From contig OX597816.1 in assembly GCA_951406725.2 (NCBI GenBank), positions 105,462,001-105,526,000 on the forward strand: a DNA stretch of 64,000 nt. The letters run 5' to 3'. Source of the stretch: Octopus vulgaris. Taxonomy: Eukaryota. How positions within the stretch are numbered: the stretch's first letter is position 1; each line of letters opens with the position of its first letter. Below, piece after piece: positions 1 to 14,964 of this stretch. The notes below the pieces were generated by a model. It did not search any database, was not told the DNA's origin, and saw nothing but the letters and a program-made list of their open reading frames with translations. A program made the position numbers and the translations under genes.

Positions 1-639
1 ATATGTATGTGTGTGAAGCCAATGGGTCTCAAACTTTTGGTGAGCTAGGGCTTGTCTACCTATGCATGTGAAAACTGGACCCAGTGGAATGTGCAGAGGA
101 AACCACCATTTGATTTAATGGGCAGAAGGACAGGTCATCAAGCATTGTGGAGTGCAAACAGGGCACAGTGGGAAATGAAGGACACTGTAGCCATCCACTG
201 CATACCAACCTATCTCTAGTCACGTTTACTTCATCCTGCCACTGGAATCAGTTAGGAAGGAACAAGAGAGTGAGGCAGATGATGTTGTACAGCCCCCACT
301 CACCTTAATGCATATCATACATAAGTCAAGACATCACTCCATCCCAGACTCACCTTGAAGTCCTGTGGTGATGAGTGAATGATGAAGTAACATGTGTGGA
401 TGCACTGGAAACTGTAGTTACAAATCTACATAGAAGTGGCCCAGTGCATAGGGTCATTCACCACTAAATTAAAACAATAGTAGAGCTTAGCTGCCCACTG
501 GGTTTCTGAGCAGCCCACTTTATGATCATTCTGCTCACCTCCATGGCCTGAGGAAAGGGCAAAAAACATGTCCTAAACATAGCCTGCTTCACCTCACCCA
601 GGCCTGCATACCACGGCAAGTGGGAATCCCAAACATGCA

Positions 640-1980
640 GTTGAACCATCAAGATGAAAACATTAATGACATCACTCACAACTGGCACATGGAATGTGCA
701 AACTCTCATGGACAGTTCCAAAGCCAACACACCTGAGAGACAAACAGCACTTGTTGCAAGATAACTCAGCAGATACAACATCCATGTTGCAGCTCTAAGC
801 AAAACCAGGCTTCTGGAGTGGCTGCAGTAGTAACAAATGCCATGAAGCAACAGTGGATTTTGCCATTGGATTAATCTGATCAGCAAGCTAACCAACCTCC
901 CCAAAGAACTTAATAACTGACTGATGTCTCTGTAGCTCTTCCTCAGTGCTTATGCCTCCATCACAACTAACCTAAGGAAGTCAAAGACAAGTTTTATGAT
1001 GACTTGGAAGCCTTCCTAGTAGCTGTACCTAAGGAAGACAATCTCATCATTCTTGGCGACTTCAACACCAGAGTTGGTACAGAATACCAGACATGGGAAG
1101 AAGTTATTGAAATGGAGAATTGGGGTTGGCAAGAGAAACAATTATCTACTGCTGAAGACCCAACCACAGTAAGACATCCTGGATGCATCAATGCAGTAAA
1201 CATTAACATCTAATTGACTAGGTACCCAGAAAACAGAGATTGTTACCAGCCTATCCCACAGAAGCCATATGTGGAAGTAGCTATCATTGTCAAAGAGGGA
1301 ACCCTGAAGGGTCTTAATAAGCTCATGTACCTTGACAGCACATTCTCCAGATATGTGAACCTTGATAATGAAGTTGATACACATCACCAAAAGAAGCTCA
1401 GCATTTGTGCAGCTACATGAATCAAGATAGGAGAGGAGAGACATTAGGCTGCCACCAAGTTGAAGATGTACAAAGCAGTTGTATTGGCTACTCTACTGAA
1501 TTCCTGTGAGACTTTGACAGTTTATGAACATCATGGCAAAAAGCTAAACCACTTCCACATGAACTATCTGAGAAAGCTGTTGAAAATCACCTGGCAAAAC
1601 AAGGTCTCAGACACAGAGATCCTCTCTTAAGCTCATCTACCAAGAATTTACACATTGCTTAGAAGAATGTAAGTCAGGTGGACAAGCTACCTTGTCCAAG
1701 TGATTGACACAGACCTCCCCAAGACGTTGTTTTACAGCGAACTGGTAGAAGGAAAACATACACAAAGTGAACAGAAAAAGCACTTCAAGGACACACTCAA
1801 AGTTTCATTGAAGAGCTTTGAGATCAACTTCCTAACATCTGGGAAATACAAGTGCAAGACTGCGCTACTTCGCAAAGACACACCAACAGAGATGTAACCT
1901 CCTACAAACAGAATAGGATTGCAGGGGCACAAAGAAAATGCAAACTGTGCAAGTCCAGAGCCAACTCCTCACCTTCAGTT
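640..1980 (+). mobile_element. Decayed, internally deleted RTE/BovB-like LINE (AP endonuclease and post-RT C-terminus)
   Basis: Motifs GTWNVQTL, TALVAR.LSRYNI, LIILGDFNTRVG, KLKMYKAVVL..LL..CET, LRKLLKITWQNKV, LPKTLFYSEL..GK..QKKHFKDTLK, with stops and frameshifts. Confidence 0.85.
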
Positions 1981-2259
1981 CCAGCAGACCACCTTCACGG
2001 TCCTTCCCAGTCCATAGACTTATAAGGATGGTTTCCTGGATTCTGTAGTGTATATGTTCCTCACCTGGATAAGATGCTTGTCCATTGCAGGATTACTTAT
2101 TTTGGGGTTGCTGAGTAGACTGGAGCATAGTGAAATAAAGTGTCTTGCTCAATAACACAAGTCCGGGAATTGAAACTGCAATCTTATGATCATAAGTGCA
2201 ACACCCTGACTACTAAACCATTCACATTTATGTGTGTGTGTATATGTATGTATATGTGT

Positions 2260-2637
2260 GGAGGCGCAATGGCCAGTAGTTAGGGCACTGGACTCGCAGT
2301 CATAGGATCGCAGTTTCAATTCCCAGATTGGGTGTTGTGAGTGTTTATTGAGTGAAAACACCTAAAGCTCAATGAGGCTCCAGCAGGGAGTGGTAGCAAG
2401 CCCTGCTCTACTCTTTCACCACAACTTTCTTTCGCTCTTTCTTCCTGTTTCTGTTGTACTTGTATTTCAAATAACCAGCCTTGTCACAATATGCATCACA
2501 CTGAATCTCCCCAAGAACTACTTTAAGGGCACAAGTATCTGTGGAGTGCTCAGCCACTTGCCCATTAATTTCACAAGCAGGCTGTTCCATTGATTGGGTC
2601 AAATGGAACCCTCATTGTCGTAACCAACAGAGTGCCG
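2260..2637 (+). mobile_element. tRNA-derived SINE (family 1)
   Basis: Head GGAGGCGCAATGGCCAGTAGTTAGGGC with A box and B-box-like GTTTCAATTCC; homologous minus-strand copy at ~7160-7539. Confidence 0.8.
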
Positions 2638-2665
2638 TAGAAATATATATGTGTATATATATATA

Positions 2666-2729
<64 letters not shown>

Positions 2730-4198
2730 TATGTATATATATATATATTATGTATGTATGTATGTATGTATGTATGTATGCACGTATGTAAATGAGTTAA
2801 GTGCATACCAGATATTTATGTAAGCATCAAAACAGATTAACTGAATACATGTGAAAGGAAGTGTATTGAATCAACATGTATGTACAAGACTACCTCGACA
2901 TATGACAATAGTTTGAATAGACATTTCCCTTTGAGGAAAAGTCTAACTAGCATACCATTAATTAAATTTCATTCAAATTATCAAAAACCAAATTCTTATA
3001 TCAGATTTATTTTTTGTGTGTAATGTTTGTTCAGTATATTTTACTTTTATATTTTCACATGATAACCAGTTTTACTAAATTTTCATGTCAGCATATTGCA
3101 GTTGATGAGTTAAGAGAAAAGAGAAAGCAAGTTGAGGTTTAGATAATTGCAAAAGAGGAATTCCAGTATGTATCTCTTTCTTGAGAATCATATAAAATGG
3201 TTTGTAAGTATTTTATTGATTTAATATCTTAAGCCTTTTGTAGAGATGAATGCATTAGTGTTGCCAAATCTATGCCATAACTCTACATTGATTCCCACTT
3301 GTAGACATTTCACTAATGTTTTTCAGAAATGTTCTTGAGAAGGATTTTTAGAACTGTATAGATGTATCACAATTCAATTTCTCTACAAAAATGCTCCTTT
3401 TTATTCTTTTACAGATTTCATTTCCACAGACATGCATACTCTTAACATAGTTCTCAAGGAGATTCAGTGTGACATGGAATGTGACAAGGCTGGTCCTTTG
3501 AGTTACAGGTGTTACTCATTTTTGTCAGCTGAGTGGACTGAAGCCTAAGGGACAATCTGGATAAGCTAGGGTTTTCAGAAGAAATTAACCAGCTAATACA
3601 CACACTACAAATACAATTTTATTAGCAGAACATTATAAATATGCAAGATTTTTCTCAAGTTCAAAATGTGAATCTTCTTTTGTTATCTTCATTCCAACAA
3701 TGGAGCTTTGTATCTTTGTCAGAAATCAGCTTCTTCTTTACAGGAATACTTCAAATAATTGAAAATAGAAAGAGCATATGACAGACACATGCATATATAT
3801 GACACAGTTTCCACATCCAAATTCACTCTCAAGACATTGGCCAGTTCAGGGCTATAATAGAAGACACATGCATAAGGTACTATGCAGTTGGGCTAGACTT
3901 AAAGCCATGTGATTACAGAAGTGAACTTCTTAAATAAGTTACCATGCTTCTGCTTTTGTTTGGTTCAGCATTTCATGCAAAGGGTAGCAGTATTTTTTTG
4001 TTAAATCTCCAGTACACCATAAGATCAAAAATATTAAGAATCACTGCAGTAAGACATGATTGTCGGAGATTTGGTTGTTATTTCTAGAATGATCAAACAA
4101 TCAAATAAAGGCTCTTTCATTGGCATCTTGAGTTGCTAGGTAAAATTGCAATAGACATATTCTTGAATATCAGTATTTTCTTCAGAGTTATCAAATGT

Positions 4199-4382
4199 TT
4201 AACCTTTTAGAATTTCAACCCACCATATCAGGCCTTTCATACACACCCTATAATGTCATTTTAAAAATAAACAATCACAACATTGAAATTTCTAAGCTCT
4301 GAGATAGTGCATGATCAATTCAAGGCAATGCAAATAAATAAGCATTACATTTGACAGAGTAATCTAAATGCTAAAGGGTTAA
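4199..4382. mobile_element. piggyBac-type MITE
   Basis: TTAA-CCTTTTAGAATTT ... AAATGCTAAAGGG-TTAA: 13-bp TIRs (2 mismatches) with TTAA target-site duplications. Related partial copies at ~33887-34098 (+) and ~43370-43527 (-). Confidence 0.7.
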
Positions 4383-4689
4383 AGATTTCAACAGAAAGAA
4401 AATATCCATTGTAAGCATTATGCAGTGATCACTGGCAATAATATCATAATAGAGAAATAAAAACTCATGTGCTTAGAATATAATATGATAATCTACAGGT
4501 AATTATTGGGGTGTCATTACTAATAATGAAATAGAATGAGAAATTTATATGTTCAGGATATTTTCATTTCCAAAACACCAACAACAACAAAAAAGAAACT
4601 GATGATATTCAACATTATAACCAGCGTCAACATCATCACTACCACTGTCACAATCATCACTGTTGCTGCCATTGCTGCCGCTATTGCTG

Positions 4690-5015
4690 CCACCACCACC
4701 ACTACCACCACCACTGCCACCACCACCGCCACCACCACCACCACCACCAGCACCACCACCAGCACCACCACCACCATCAACACCACCAGCACCAGCACCA
4801 CCACCACCACCACCACCAGCACCACCACCACCACCAACACCACCAGCACCAGCACCAGCACCACCACCACCACCAGCACCACCAGCACCACCACCACCAC
4901 CACCACTACCACCAGCACCAGCACCACCAAAAACCACCACCACCACCACCACCACAGATGCTGCTGTCACTGCCATCACCTCTGCCACCACCACCACCAC
5001 CACCACCACCATCAC
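4690..5015. repeat. (CAC/CAG)n trinucleotide microsatellite
   Basis: ~320 bp of CACCACCAC with CAG/CAA variants; explains the poly-Thr/Pro/Gly/Val ORFs. Confidence 0.95.
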
Positions 5016-5269
5016 CATTGTGTTTGTTGGTGTTAGTAGTAATACTGCTGAAAATGCTGTTGCTGCTGCTGATGATGATGTGAAAGCTGAAGGTATTAGG
5101 GGTATCTGTGATGATTCTGATAGCAACAACAACAACAACAATAACAATAATAATAATGAGCTCATTTTATACACTTCTCAGTTACACTACTATTTGTTGA
5201 AAATGGTTAAAAGAAAAGACAGAGAGTCGGCTTATAAGTCAAGTAAAGAAAGACATCAATGAAAGCTAA

Positions 5270-5930
5270 AAGTACATGTACAGTACACAGAATAAAACAC
5301 AAAAATGGCAGAAAAGTGAACATTAAAAGACTCATAAAATGGAAAGAGTACATAAGGCATATCAGGAGTAGTGTTAACAACTTTCAGGAAGGATAGAATT
5401 TTTGAAGGATGCAGTGTCCTTACACTTAACAATGGATATAGGAAGTTTATTCCATGTTTCAGCAATCCTGAAGAAAAAAAGATGTTTCCAAAAGTCATGG
5501 ATGCCACACTGTTTTTTGATTTTGTAAGCAGGTTTATGAGTGGGAGAGGAACTCATCATGATGATCATCATCGTTTAACATCCGCTTTCCATGCTAGCAT
5601 GGGTTGAATTCAAAAAAGTGATCAAAGTTGTTGGAGAAGTTGTTGGTGGATAATCTTGTGGGCTTCCACCAAGCCAGCTGCTAAATATTGAAATTTTAGT
5701 GCGTTGATTCTCAGAGAAGCAATATATTCAAAATATGGTAAATGATCGACAGAGGGTATTCGTCTGGTTGCACATCTCTGGACAGCTTCCAGCAGATCGA
5801 TATTCTGGACAAGATGGGTATTTCAGACTGAAGATGCAAACTGTAAGTGTGGATGTACTATAGCCATATATAGCTTTAAGCAGATAGCTGGTGAGTGACT
5901 GACAAAGGTCTTATCAAGTGATGTTCAGAT
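5270..5930 (-). mobile_element. CR1/L2-clade LINE 3' fragment
   Basis: LKLYMAIVHPHLQFAS..., NIDLLEAVQRCATRRIP and HDFWKHLFFFRIAETWNKLP..IV. Same family at ~17830-18230 (-) and ~60170-60575 (+). Confidence 0.8.
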
Positions 5931-6637
5931 GTTCATAGCCATCTTGATAATGATGACAACAAAGATGATGATGATGATGATGATGACACTGACACCACTG
6001 CTGCTGCTGCTGTTGACGATGAAGGAAAAAGTTGAAGATAGTTGTTTAGTGTTTGTCTGGAGGGAATTTTATGTTATTACAAATGTTGAGACTCAAGAGT
6101 GAAAGAAGAAAAAACAAACAAAAGAGGAAGGAAGTTATAAATGTGTTTGTGTATCTACAAATGTGTGTATGTATACAAGTATATATATATATATAGCTGT
6201 CTTTCACTCTCTCTCTTTGTATTTATCTCTCTCTCTCTCTCTCTCTACTTTCCATCTATATGTATGTATGCATGCATCATCCTCATCGTTTAACGTCCGC
6301 TTTCCATGCTAGCGTGTGTTAGACACTTTGACTGAGGACTGGCAAGCCAGGAGGCTGTACCAGGCTTCAATCTGTTCTGGCAAGGTTTCTACAGCTGGAT
6401 GTCCTTCCTAACAACAACCACTCCAAGAGTGTAGTGGGAGCGTTTTACATGTCACCAGCACGGGGGCTAGTCAGGTGGCACTGGCATCAACCACACATGA
6501 ATGGTGCTTTTATGAGCCACTGGTATGGAAGCCAGTCAGGCAGCACTGGCATGTATGTATGTATGTATGTATGTATGTATGTATGTATGTATGTATGTAT
6601 GTATGTGTGTGTGTATGTATGTATGTGTGTATATAAA

Positions 6638-6724
<87 letters not shown>

Positions 6725-7159
6725 AAAACAAGTTTAAAATATAAAGATATATGTATGTACATATATATACATGAATATATGTATGTACACACACATACAC
6801 ATTTATACACATCGCTTGTAAATGAAACTACAAATAAATACTTCTCACTTGTAGAATAAAAACAGTGAAAAATGAAAGATAAATATGTCGGAAAAATAAA
6901 AAGAGGGAGGAAATAACAGATTTATGTTGACATTTTTAGCCTGTCTGTTCTCAAAGTGTTAATGTAGAATGGATATTTTGCTTTAATCACTGATGTCTAC
7001 TTTTTTGTCAATAAATAAATAAATAAATAAATAAATAAAAGACATAAAAATGAAAAATAGAAAATAATAAAATGAACAGTACAATCATTTTTTTCCTCTT
7101 TTTTATTTTCTATAACAACTTGTTTTCTTTTGCTCAAAGGCGGCTGTTGAAGTAGTGGC

Positions 7160-7539
7160 AACTCTGTCAGCTACAATGACGAGGGTTCCAGTTAATCCAA
7201 TCACTGGAACAGCCTGCTTGTGAAATTAACGTGCAAGTGGCTGAGCACTCCACAGACACGTGTACTCTTAACGTAGTTTTTGGGGGAGATTCAGCGTGAC
7301 ACAGAGCGTGACAAGGCTGGCCCTTTGAAATACAGATACAACAGAAACAGGAAGAAAGAGTGAGAGAAAGTTGTGGTGAAAGAGTTAGAGCAGGGTTCGT
7401 CACCCCACCACCTGCTGGAGCCCCGTGGAGCTTTAGGTGTTTTCACTGAATAAACATTCACAACAACCAGTCTGGGAATCGAAACCGTGATCCTACGACC
7501 GTAAGTCCACTGCCCTAACCATTGGGCCATTGCACCTCC
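7160..7539 (-). mobile_element. tRNA-derived SINE (family 1)
   Basis: Reverse complement of the 2260-2637 element, including the tRNA-like head. Confidence 0.8.
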
Positions 7540-10500
7540 ACTTGAAGTAGTAGCTTTGACTGAATTGAAATATTCTTTTCGTCTTTTACTGGTTCCAGTA
7601 CAAGAAGTATGCTGGGATACTTAGTGTATTACTAGTACTTAATGTATTGCTGTTCTCCCCCACCACACCTATTTTCCTGAAGAAGATTAAAGGCAATATC
7701 AACCTTGACAAGATTTGGACATGGAAAATAATAAACCCAGCACCTGTCACCTAAAACAAAAAGCTACATAAAGCGAGACAAGTATTTTGTGGTTGTCCCA
7801 ACAGGAGTTCAATGTTGAAGCCATTCTACCACTTTCTTGGAATTGTTCCATAGATCTAGTTTTTTTAAAATTAGTAGTATTTGCTGTGCAATTCTGCATG
7901 TACCCACTTCTTTTTCTGTTGAAGGCATTCTCCTTTATTGAAACTGGTCAAGTAGTAGAAAATCACTTCATAATATTTGAGGTTAGTTGCTTCAAAATTG
8001 TGTCTTCTGCTGTCAGAAAAGTTTTTGAATTGCAATCTTTTTTGTTTCCTATTGGTAACAAATTTCTAAACTACCTGAGTTCTTCTGAATCCTGTGAATA
8101 GAATTATCTTTATGTTTTCATTTGTAGTCCAAATTTGATGATAATTGGTGATAAGAGTAACTTCTGTTGTGGTATTGAAAACATTCAAGGCAGTATAGTA
8201 GAGCCAGGTGGTATAAATATGGTCATACTGTCAATATTTTTGTCTCACAATGTAGATGATTTTTCACCTACCATTTTGAGGAAAACTATGGCTACTTGAA
8301 GAGTTGCAGTTTGAACAAATTGACTTGAAAAGCATTTCATAGATTGTTGCAATTGTGAAATTGTTCTGCTTCCCCCAACATCAACTACTTTCAGTCAGTG
8401 ATTTAAGAGTAGTTTTTCTCTATTGAGTATGACCTGTTTTTCTTCTATAATGTGACAAAAATGAAAACACTTTAGCTCCAAAGATAGTGTATGGCCAGAA
8501 TCTTGGATTTGGAAATGAAGATGGAACTGAGTAGTTTGAGGAGTGTTCACTCCTCAAAGTCACGGTCAATTTTGGAGTTGACAGTTCTAACACTCTACCA
8601 ACAAAATAGAGTTCTAGAACCATATTCAAAATGGAGCGTAATTTGTTCAACCAAACTTGCCCAAGGTATTGTCCTCATGACCAAGTTTTCCCCGGCAGTG
8701 CTCTCTTGTCTCAGCCATCATCTCACCATTGTTATGTTATTGTAGACTACTGTTATTATGCCACACCCTCACCTTGTATTGACTGGTTAAGTTGATTTTA
8801 TTCATAACTATTCCATATATCAGATATTATCACTAATATAGAATGTTGTACTTTATACATGACAAGCTTCTACATATTCATATTAACAATCACAGCACAT
8901 TTCGTGCACTACTACCATCATCCCCATTCAATATATGTTGCCACTAAAACAACAGGCACCACAATTTTACCATATTTGTTTGATTGATTAATTGCCTGTC
9001 TGCTCTGATACTTGAGACACAATGGAAGCAAGGAAGTCTGAAAATTTTTTATAATTATCAATGATTACTCGATAAAAGGTATTGTTTTAAACATTTTGCG
9101 AGTTTTACTTTAAAATGAATTTATTAAGATGCTAAAGTATATGGTGCATCTCTATTCAGCATACCATCATATGCTACAAAGCTCTAGTGTTTGATGGAAA
9201 ACAATCCACGAAAATGAAATGCAACAGAAATTAGTTCATGCATATACAGTTGCATAGCAACATAATTTCTTTCAGATATTGTCAGCCTATGAGAGTTAAT
9301 AGTAATGTAAAATATTTTCAGATACTAATTCCATATGGAGAGATAAACATTCCATTGTTTTAACTCGTTAATGTTTTGGTTAATATTAGTTCAAATATTT
9401 CTTCTGGTTATTATAATGCTATGTGAAGTATGTATGAGTATATATCACATATAGTTTAGAAATATGTTTTATGCAGGGCCAATCTTGACTGATAGGGAAT
9501 CTGTCTATGACTCAATGGTCTACTGCTTGTTATTGCTTCAGTGATGCCTTATTGTAATGATCTTTGCTATATACAATTCTGTTTGAACCAGTTCAACTTG
9601 TTATAAATTGGTTGTTGTTGTTGTTTCATACCCGATTTTCTTTGATATATCACACGTATGATCCAAAACATTCAAGCCATGACTATTCCAGTCTTTTGTA
9701 AATCTTGGATTATATTGTTAAATAAGTCCATTCTTTTTAGATAGCAGGATATTGTTTGAGGGAGATTTGGGTACTATACCCAGCAAACTGTACAGCCACA
9801 TAAAGGCTGCCTCTCCACATCTGTAGTGTAGAGATAGATACAGTTGTCTGCTGCCAACTGTTATCAGCAACAAATGTTAAGTTTGACTTCAGTACTTAAC
9901 CAAATATTCCTCCATAACTCTTGAGACAAGAATTTCCCTCCTTAAATCTCTATATTCAGTTAAAATCATCAGTGGTTCTTCCATGAATCAAGTCACTATT
10001 AGATTTCATACATTTTTAACATTTTGTCCCCATTATAGCACTCAGCACCGTTATCAATGCAGTTAATGTGCAAGTTACTAGAAATACAACTGAACCTCCT
10101 TAAAATTACCTTACCATCTTAAAAAAAAAAACACGCAAGATGGTATTATTCCTAGATACATCATGTCTTACAAAAAGATGGGATGGTCATAGAGGGAAAG
10201 CTTTTGATCATGATTGGTGGATCAGAGCTGTCTGAGACTGAACAGTGGCTGCAGCCCTGAGAACCTGGATCAAACATAACTTTACTAAATCTGTCTGTAA
10301 AATGGTTAAAAGAAAAGGGGAGCCTCTCTCTGGTTTCTCAATTTGCTGGAAGTAGCAGCTAAGTCACCATCTGTTGTACCTATTTGTCTTGAAAGGAAGA
10401 GTGCCATACCTGAGGATAAATTGCACTGGTAACCTATGAAACATTTTAATGTTATGTAAGATATACCTGATGTGCTTTAGAAACATCTGTAGTACTTGAC

Positions 10501-12814
10501 AACCCCTTTCATCCTTTTTATATACAGATCTATTTATCAATTTATAACCAGTGTTTGTTTCTTTTAAAATGGAATTATATAGCATCTAACACCTAACTGG
10601 GATTTTCTGTCAAAGTTTGATCTAGAGTAAATTGTATTTGATGCATTGATAAATAGATTTTATTGATCAGTTAACGAGTCTCTTGTATTTTTTATACAAG
10701 CCATGTTTATGCTAAGGACTAGCCAAGTTGTACCAAGATCACTCAACTGATCCTACTTACTATATTGTGATTATATATAAATATATATATGTGTGTGTAT
10801 ACACCCCTCATTACATATATATATATATGTATGTATATGTGTATGTGTGTATATTTGTGTGTACCCTTGTCACATGGTGTTTGTAGAAGAGTATTATCAT
10901 CATGCAGCAAGGTTGTTCATTTCCAGTCTTCTGTGAAAAACACCTGTGCTTATGAAGAAATATTACCTTCTTGAAAATAGGTGAGGGCTGGCAACAAACA
11001 GGAAGGGCATCTGACCATAGAAAATAAGCCTCAAATAATCTTCATCTGACACATGGAACCCTAGAAAATGGATGTTAAAGGATGATGATGATGATGATGA
11101 TGACGACAACGATGACGACGACGACGACAATGATGATGATTGAGTCATCACAACTGTCTTCTGTCTTTTATCTTTTACTTGTTTCACTCATTAGAATGCA
11201 GCCATGCTGGGGCACCACCTTAAAGAGTTTTAGTCAAAGGAATTGATCCCAGTACCTTTTTCTTTAAAGCCTGGTACTTATTCTATTGGTTTCTTTAGCT
11301 GAACTTCTAAGTTACAGGGACATAAACACACCAGCACTGGTTATCAAGTGGTGATGGGTGACAAACACAGACAAAAAGACACACACACATACACACACAT
11401 ATGATGGGCTTCTTCCAATTTCAATCTACCAAATCCACTCACAAGGCTTTGATCGACCTGAGGCTATAGTAAAATACACTTGCTCAAGGTGTTATGCAGC
11501 TGGACTGAACCCAGAATTATGTGGTTGAGAAACAAGTTTCTTATCACACCGCTACACCTGCACCTGGAAAATTTTTTTTATCATAGGTCAGCTTGGTCAG
11601 GATATTTGATTGCATTGATTCAAGCACTTGTTTATATTGACTGGTACTTCTTTTTCTCACCTTCAGAAAGATGAAAAGCAAAGTGGATGCAGGAGAGGGT
11701 TTGAAGTTATGAGATAAAGGCATGAAACTAAATACCACAGTCTGTTCAATTGAACTTTCAAATATCAGCTCTGCAAACACTTTCAAAGTCTTTAAAATGG
11801 ATTTTCGCCTCTTGTATCTTAAAATAACAAGCTATTACACTAAAGAGAAATTCTACCCAGTCAAAACATGTTAATGAAACAAGATACCTTGGCAAGAACA
11901 CTTGATAAGTATCTTATATTAAGTCATAATGTGTGTGTGAGTCTGTGTGTGTGCGTGTGTTTATGTATGTGTGAGTGTGTGTGTGTGTGTTTATGTATGT
12001 GTGAGTGTGTGTGTGTGCGTGTGTAGTGTATTTGCGGGGAGATTAAGTGGTCAAGAATTACTATAGACACAAGCATGGCTGTGTAGTTAAGAAGCTTGCT
12101 ACCCAACCATGTGGTTTTAAGTTCAGTTCCACTGCATGGCATCTAGGGCAAGTGTCTTCTATAACCCAGGGCTGATCAAAGCCTTGTTATTGAATTTGGT
12201 AGATGGAAACTAAAAGAATCCTGTTATGTGGGTGTGTGCATGTGTGTGTGATAATGATATACACACACACGTGCACAGACACACACACACACACATACAT
12301 GTATGTATATATATGTGTTCGTGTGTCCTTATCTTGATAACATATGAAGATTGTAAATGAGCATCACAATCATACAAGCAGGTCTGCTTGTTTCCTGTCT
12401 TCTGGTCATAGAGAAATATTGCATTGCTTGGAAACAGGTGACGTTTAGCAACAAGATGGGCATCTGGCCAGAGAAAAATCTGCCTCAACATATTCCACCT
12501 GACCTTTATAGTAGCATAGAAAACTTGATGTTAAAATGATGATGTGCCACTGCTCCTGCTGCCACAGCTGCTGCTGCTAAGATTGCTGCTGCCACTATCG
12601 CTGCTGTTGCTGCCAACGCCACTACTGCTGCTGCCAACGCCACTGCTGCTGCCGCCAGCACTGACAATGGTGATGACAATGATGATGACAATGATAACAA
12701 TGATGACGATGATAATGTTAATGATGATGGTGATGATGAATCATAACATTCTAGGTTGATCTGATCATATACAAGTGCCTTATGTTATTGATCCAGAATA
12801 CTCTTTTACACTTT

Positions 12815-13187
12815 TTATTCTTTTTACTTGTTTCAGTCATGTGACTGTGGCCATGCTGGAGCACAGCCTTTAGTTGAGCCTAGTACTTATTCTATAGGTC
12901 TCTTTTTTGCCGAACCGTTAAGTTACGGGGACATAAATACACCAGCATCGGTTGTCAAGCGATGTTGGGGGGACAAACACAGACACAAAAACACACACAT
13001 ACATATGTATATATATACATATATACGACCGGCTTCTTTCAGTTTCCGTCTACCAAATCCACTCACAAGGCTTTGGTTAGCCCGAGGCTATAGTAGAAGA
13101 CACTTACCCAAGGTGCTACAGAGTGGGACTGAACCCAGAACCATGTGGTTCATAAGCAAGCTACTTACCACACAACCACTCCTACTG
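12815..13187 (-). mobile_element. tRNA-derived SINE (family 2)
   Basis: Minus-strand head GGAGTGGTTGTGTGGTAAGTAGCTTGC...GGGTTCAGTCCC and an internal microsatellite. Copies at ~11165-11565, 18905-19283 and 24017-24435 (-), and ~12070-12225, 16082-16345, 34125-34250 and 56715-56857 (+). Confidence 0.8.
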
Positions 13188-13903
13188 TGAAGAAAATTGG
13201 ACAAATGGAAACTGTGAGGAAACCAGTCAGACAGATTGTAACCTGCAATTCAAAGAGTTGGCTTTGTCATACACTGTGTCACACTGAACCTGTCTAAGGA
13301 ATGTATTATGGGAACACATATCTATGGAATACTCAGCCACTTGTTTAATAATTCAATGAATAGGCAGTTTTAGCTGCTTGAACAATTGGAATGTCCATTG
13401 CTGAAATTAACAGAGGAATCATTTACTGTATTATGTATGTATGCTATGTATGTGCATGGCTATATATGTTAAAAGTGTGTGTATGTATTCTATGTGTGCA
13501 TGTGTGTGAATACTATATGTATGCTTGCATGTGTGTATGTGTGTGTGTGTGTGTAAGTATGTGTGCATGTGTTTATTGATGTGATTGTGCTTTTTAGATT
13601 CACATCATACATAAGGGTTTTTTTTGTTGTAAATAGCTGTCACACCAAGCTATATTTAAATACAATTATTTTTATTGTTATCATTAATAAAAGACTTTTT
13701 AAAAAAAAAAACGGCAAATGTGGTAAATGTTCCATCAAGTTCTAAATATGGTTATTAATTATTCTTTCATTTAGCAAAATAAATATAATTTCAAGTAAGA
13801 CTGAGTGATTGCATTTTAAACTCTTCAATCAACCATATCTAATTTGGAGTAGTGTTTGTGTACATAGGTGTATGTGTGTGTATGTATATGTGGATGACAT
13901 ATA

Positions 13904-13936
<33 letters not shown>

Positions 13937-14100
13937 TAGATCCACTTACATGAATATATATACACATATATGCACATACAAACACTCACATTTTATGTAT
14001 ACATATGCATGTATGTATGTGTATGTAAATATATATATATATATAAATATATGTATATATGTATTTGTATATATATCTATATATATATATATATGCATGT

Positions 14101-14139
<39 letters not shown>

Positions 14140-14208
14140 AGTATATATGTATTCATACACACACATTCACACAAATGTATACACACGTGTTTCTGTACAC
14201 ACACACAT

Positions 14209-14243
<35 letters not shown>

Positions 14244-14964
14244 CACATGCATGTATTTTTCGCACACTAGTTTCTCAGAGCTGGCTAGACTTATATGTTA
14301 ACCACTTAGTCATTTCTGACTAACTTATTTCTTTATCCTTCCATCGTTCTTGGCGTGTCTAACCATCCTTTCATTGCACAAACTACTCTACTTAATCCTT
14401 CATCCTCAGGAGATAATTCCACTGGAATCCTTTCCCTGTGCATGTCTTTCCTCTTGGTGTTGATTAGGAACAGTTTAAACAGAACATTTATGGTATTAAG
14501 TTCATCAGCCTTCAAAGTTCAGGGACAACACTTCTTGCAGCCATCTCTCTAACTGCAGCTTTTCCCAGTATTTATCTCAGCCTAGTATTTAATCTGTTTG
14601 AATTTATTGAATCATTACGTTACATTTTGACACAGCACTATTTTACTTCAGTATACTGAAACACAGGCATGGAAACACATATGCATACAGGTTCACACGC
14701 AATTACACACATACATTTGTGCATACACATACATTCATATGCACTCATACACATATATGTGAGCATACACACTCAAACATACATAAGAACACACATACAC
14801 TCACATACACACACACATGCACACTTGCATATGTGTACACACACGTGCATACACCCACACATAAACACATGCTCACATATATGTACACACACACTCACAC
14901 ACACATACTCATGCACACACACATGGGTATGTGTTTGTGTGTGTGTGCTTATATCTATCAAGTT

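Noticed and set aside
2260-2332. tRNA gene candidates at SINE heads (also 41017 and 29437)
   Set aside because: They continue into repeated SINE bodies and lack a complete cloverleaf.
3092-3165. Purine-rich exon-like stretch (HIAVDELREKRKQVEV*IIAKEEF) before a gtatgt donor-like site
   Set aside because: Stops in all three frames; the alternative donor gtttag is weak.
4536-5262. Long poly-Thr, poly-Pro, poly-Gly and poly-Val ORFs in four frames
   Set aside because: Products of a stop-free (CAC)n microsatellite; no splice or domain context.
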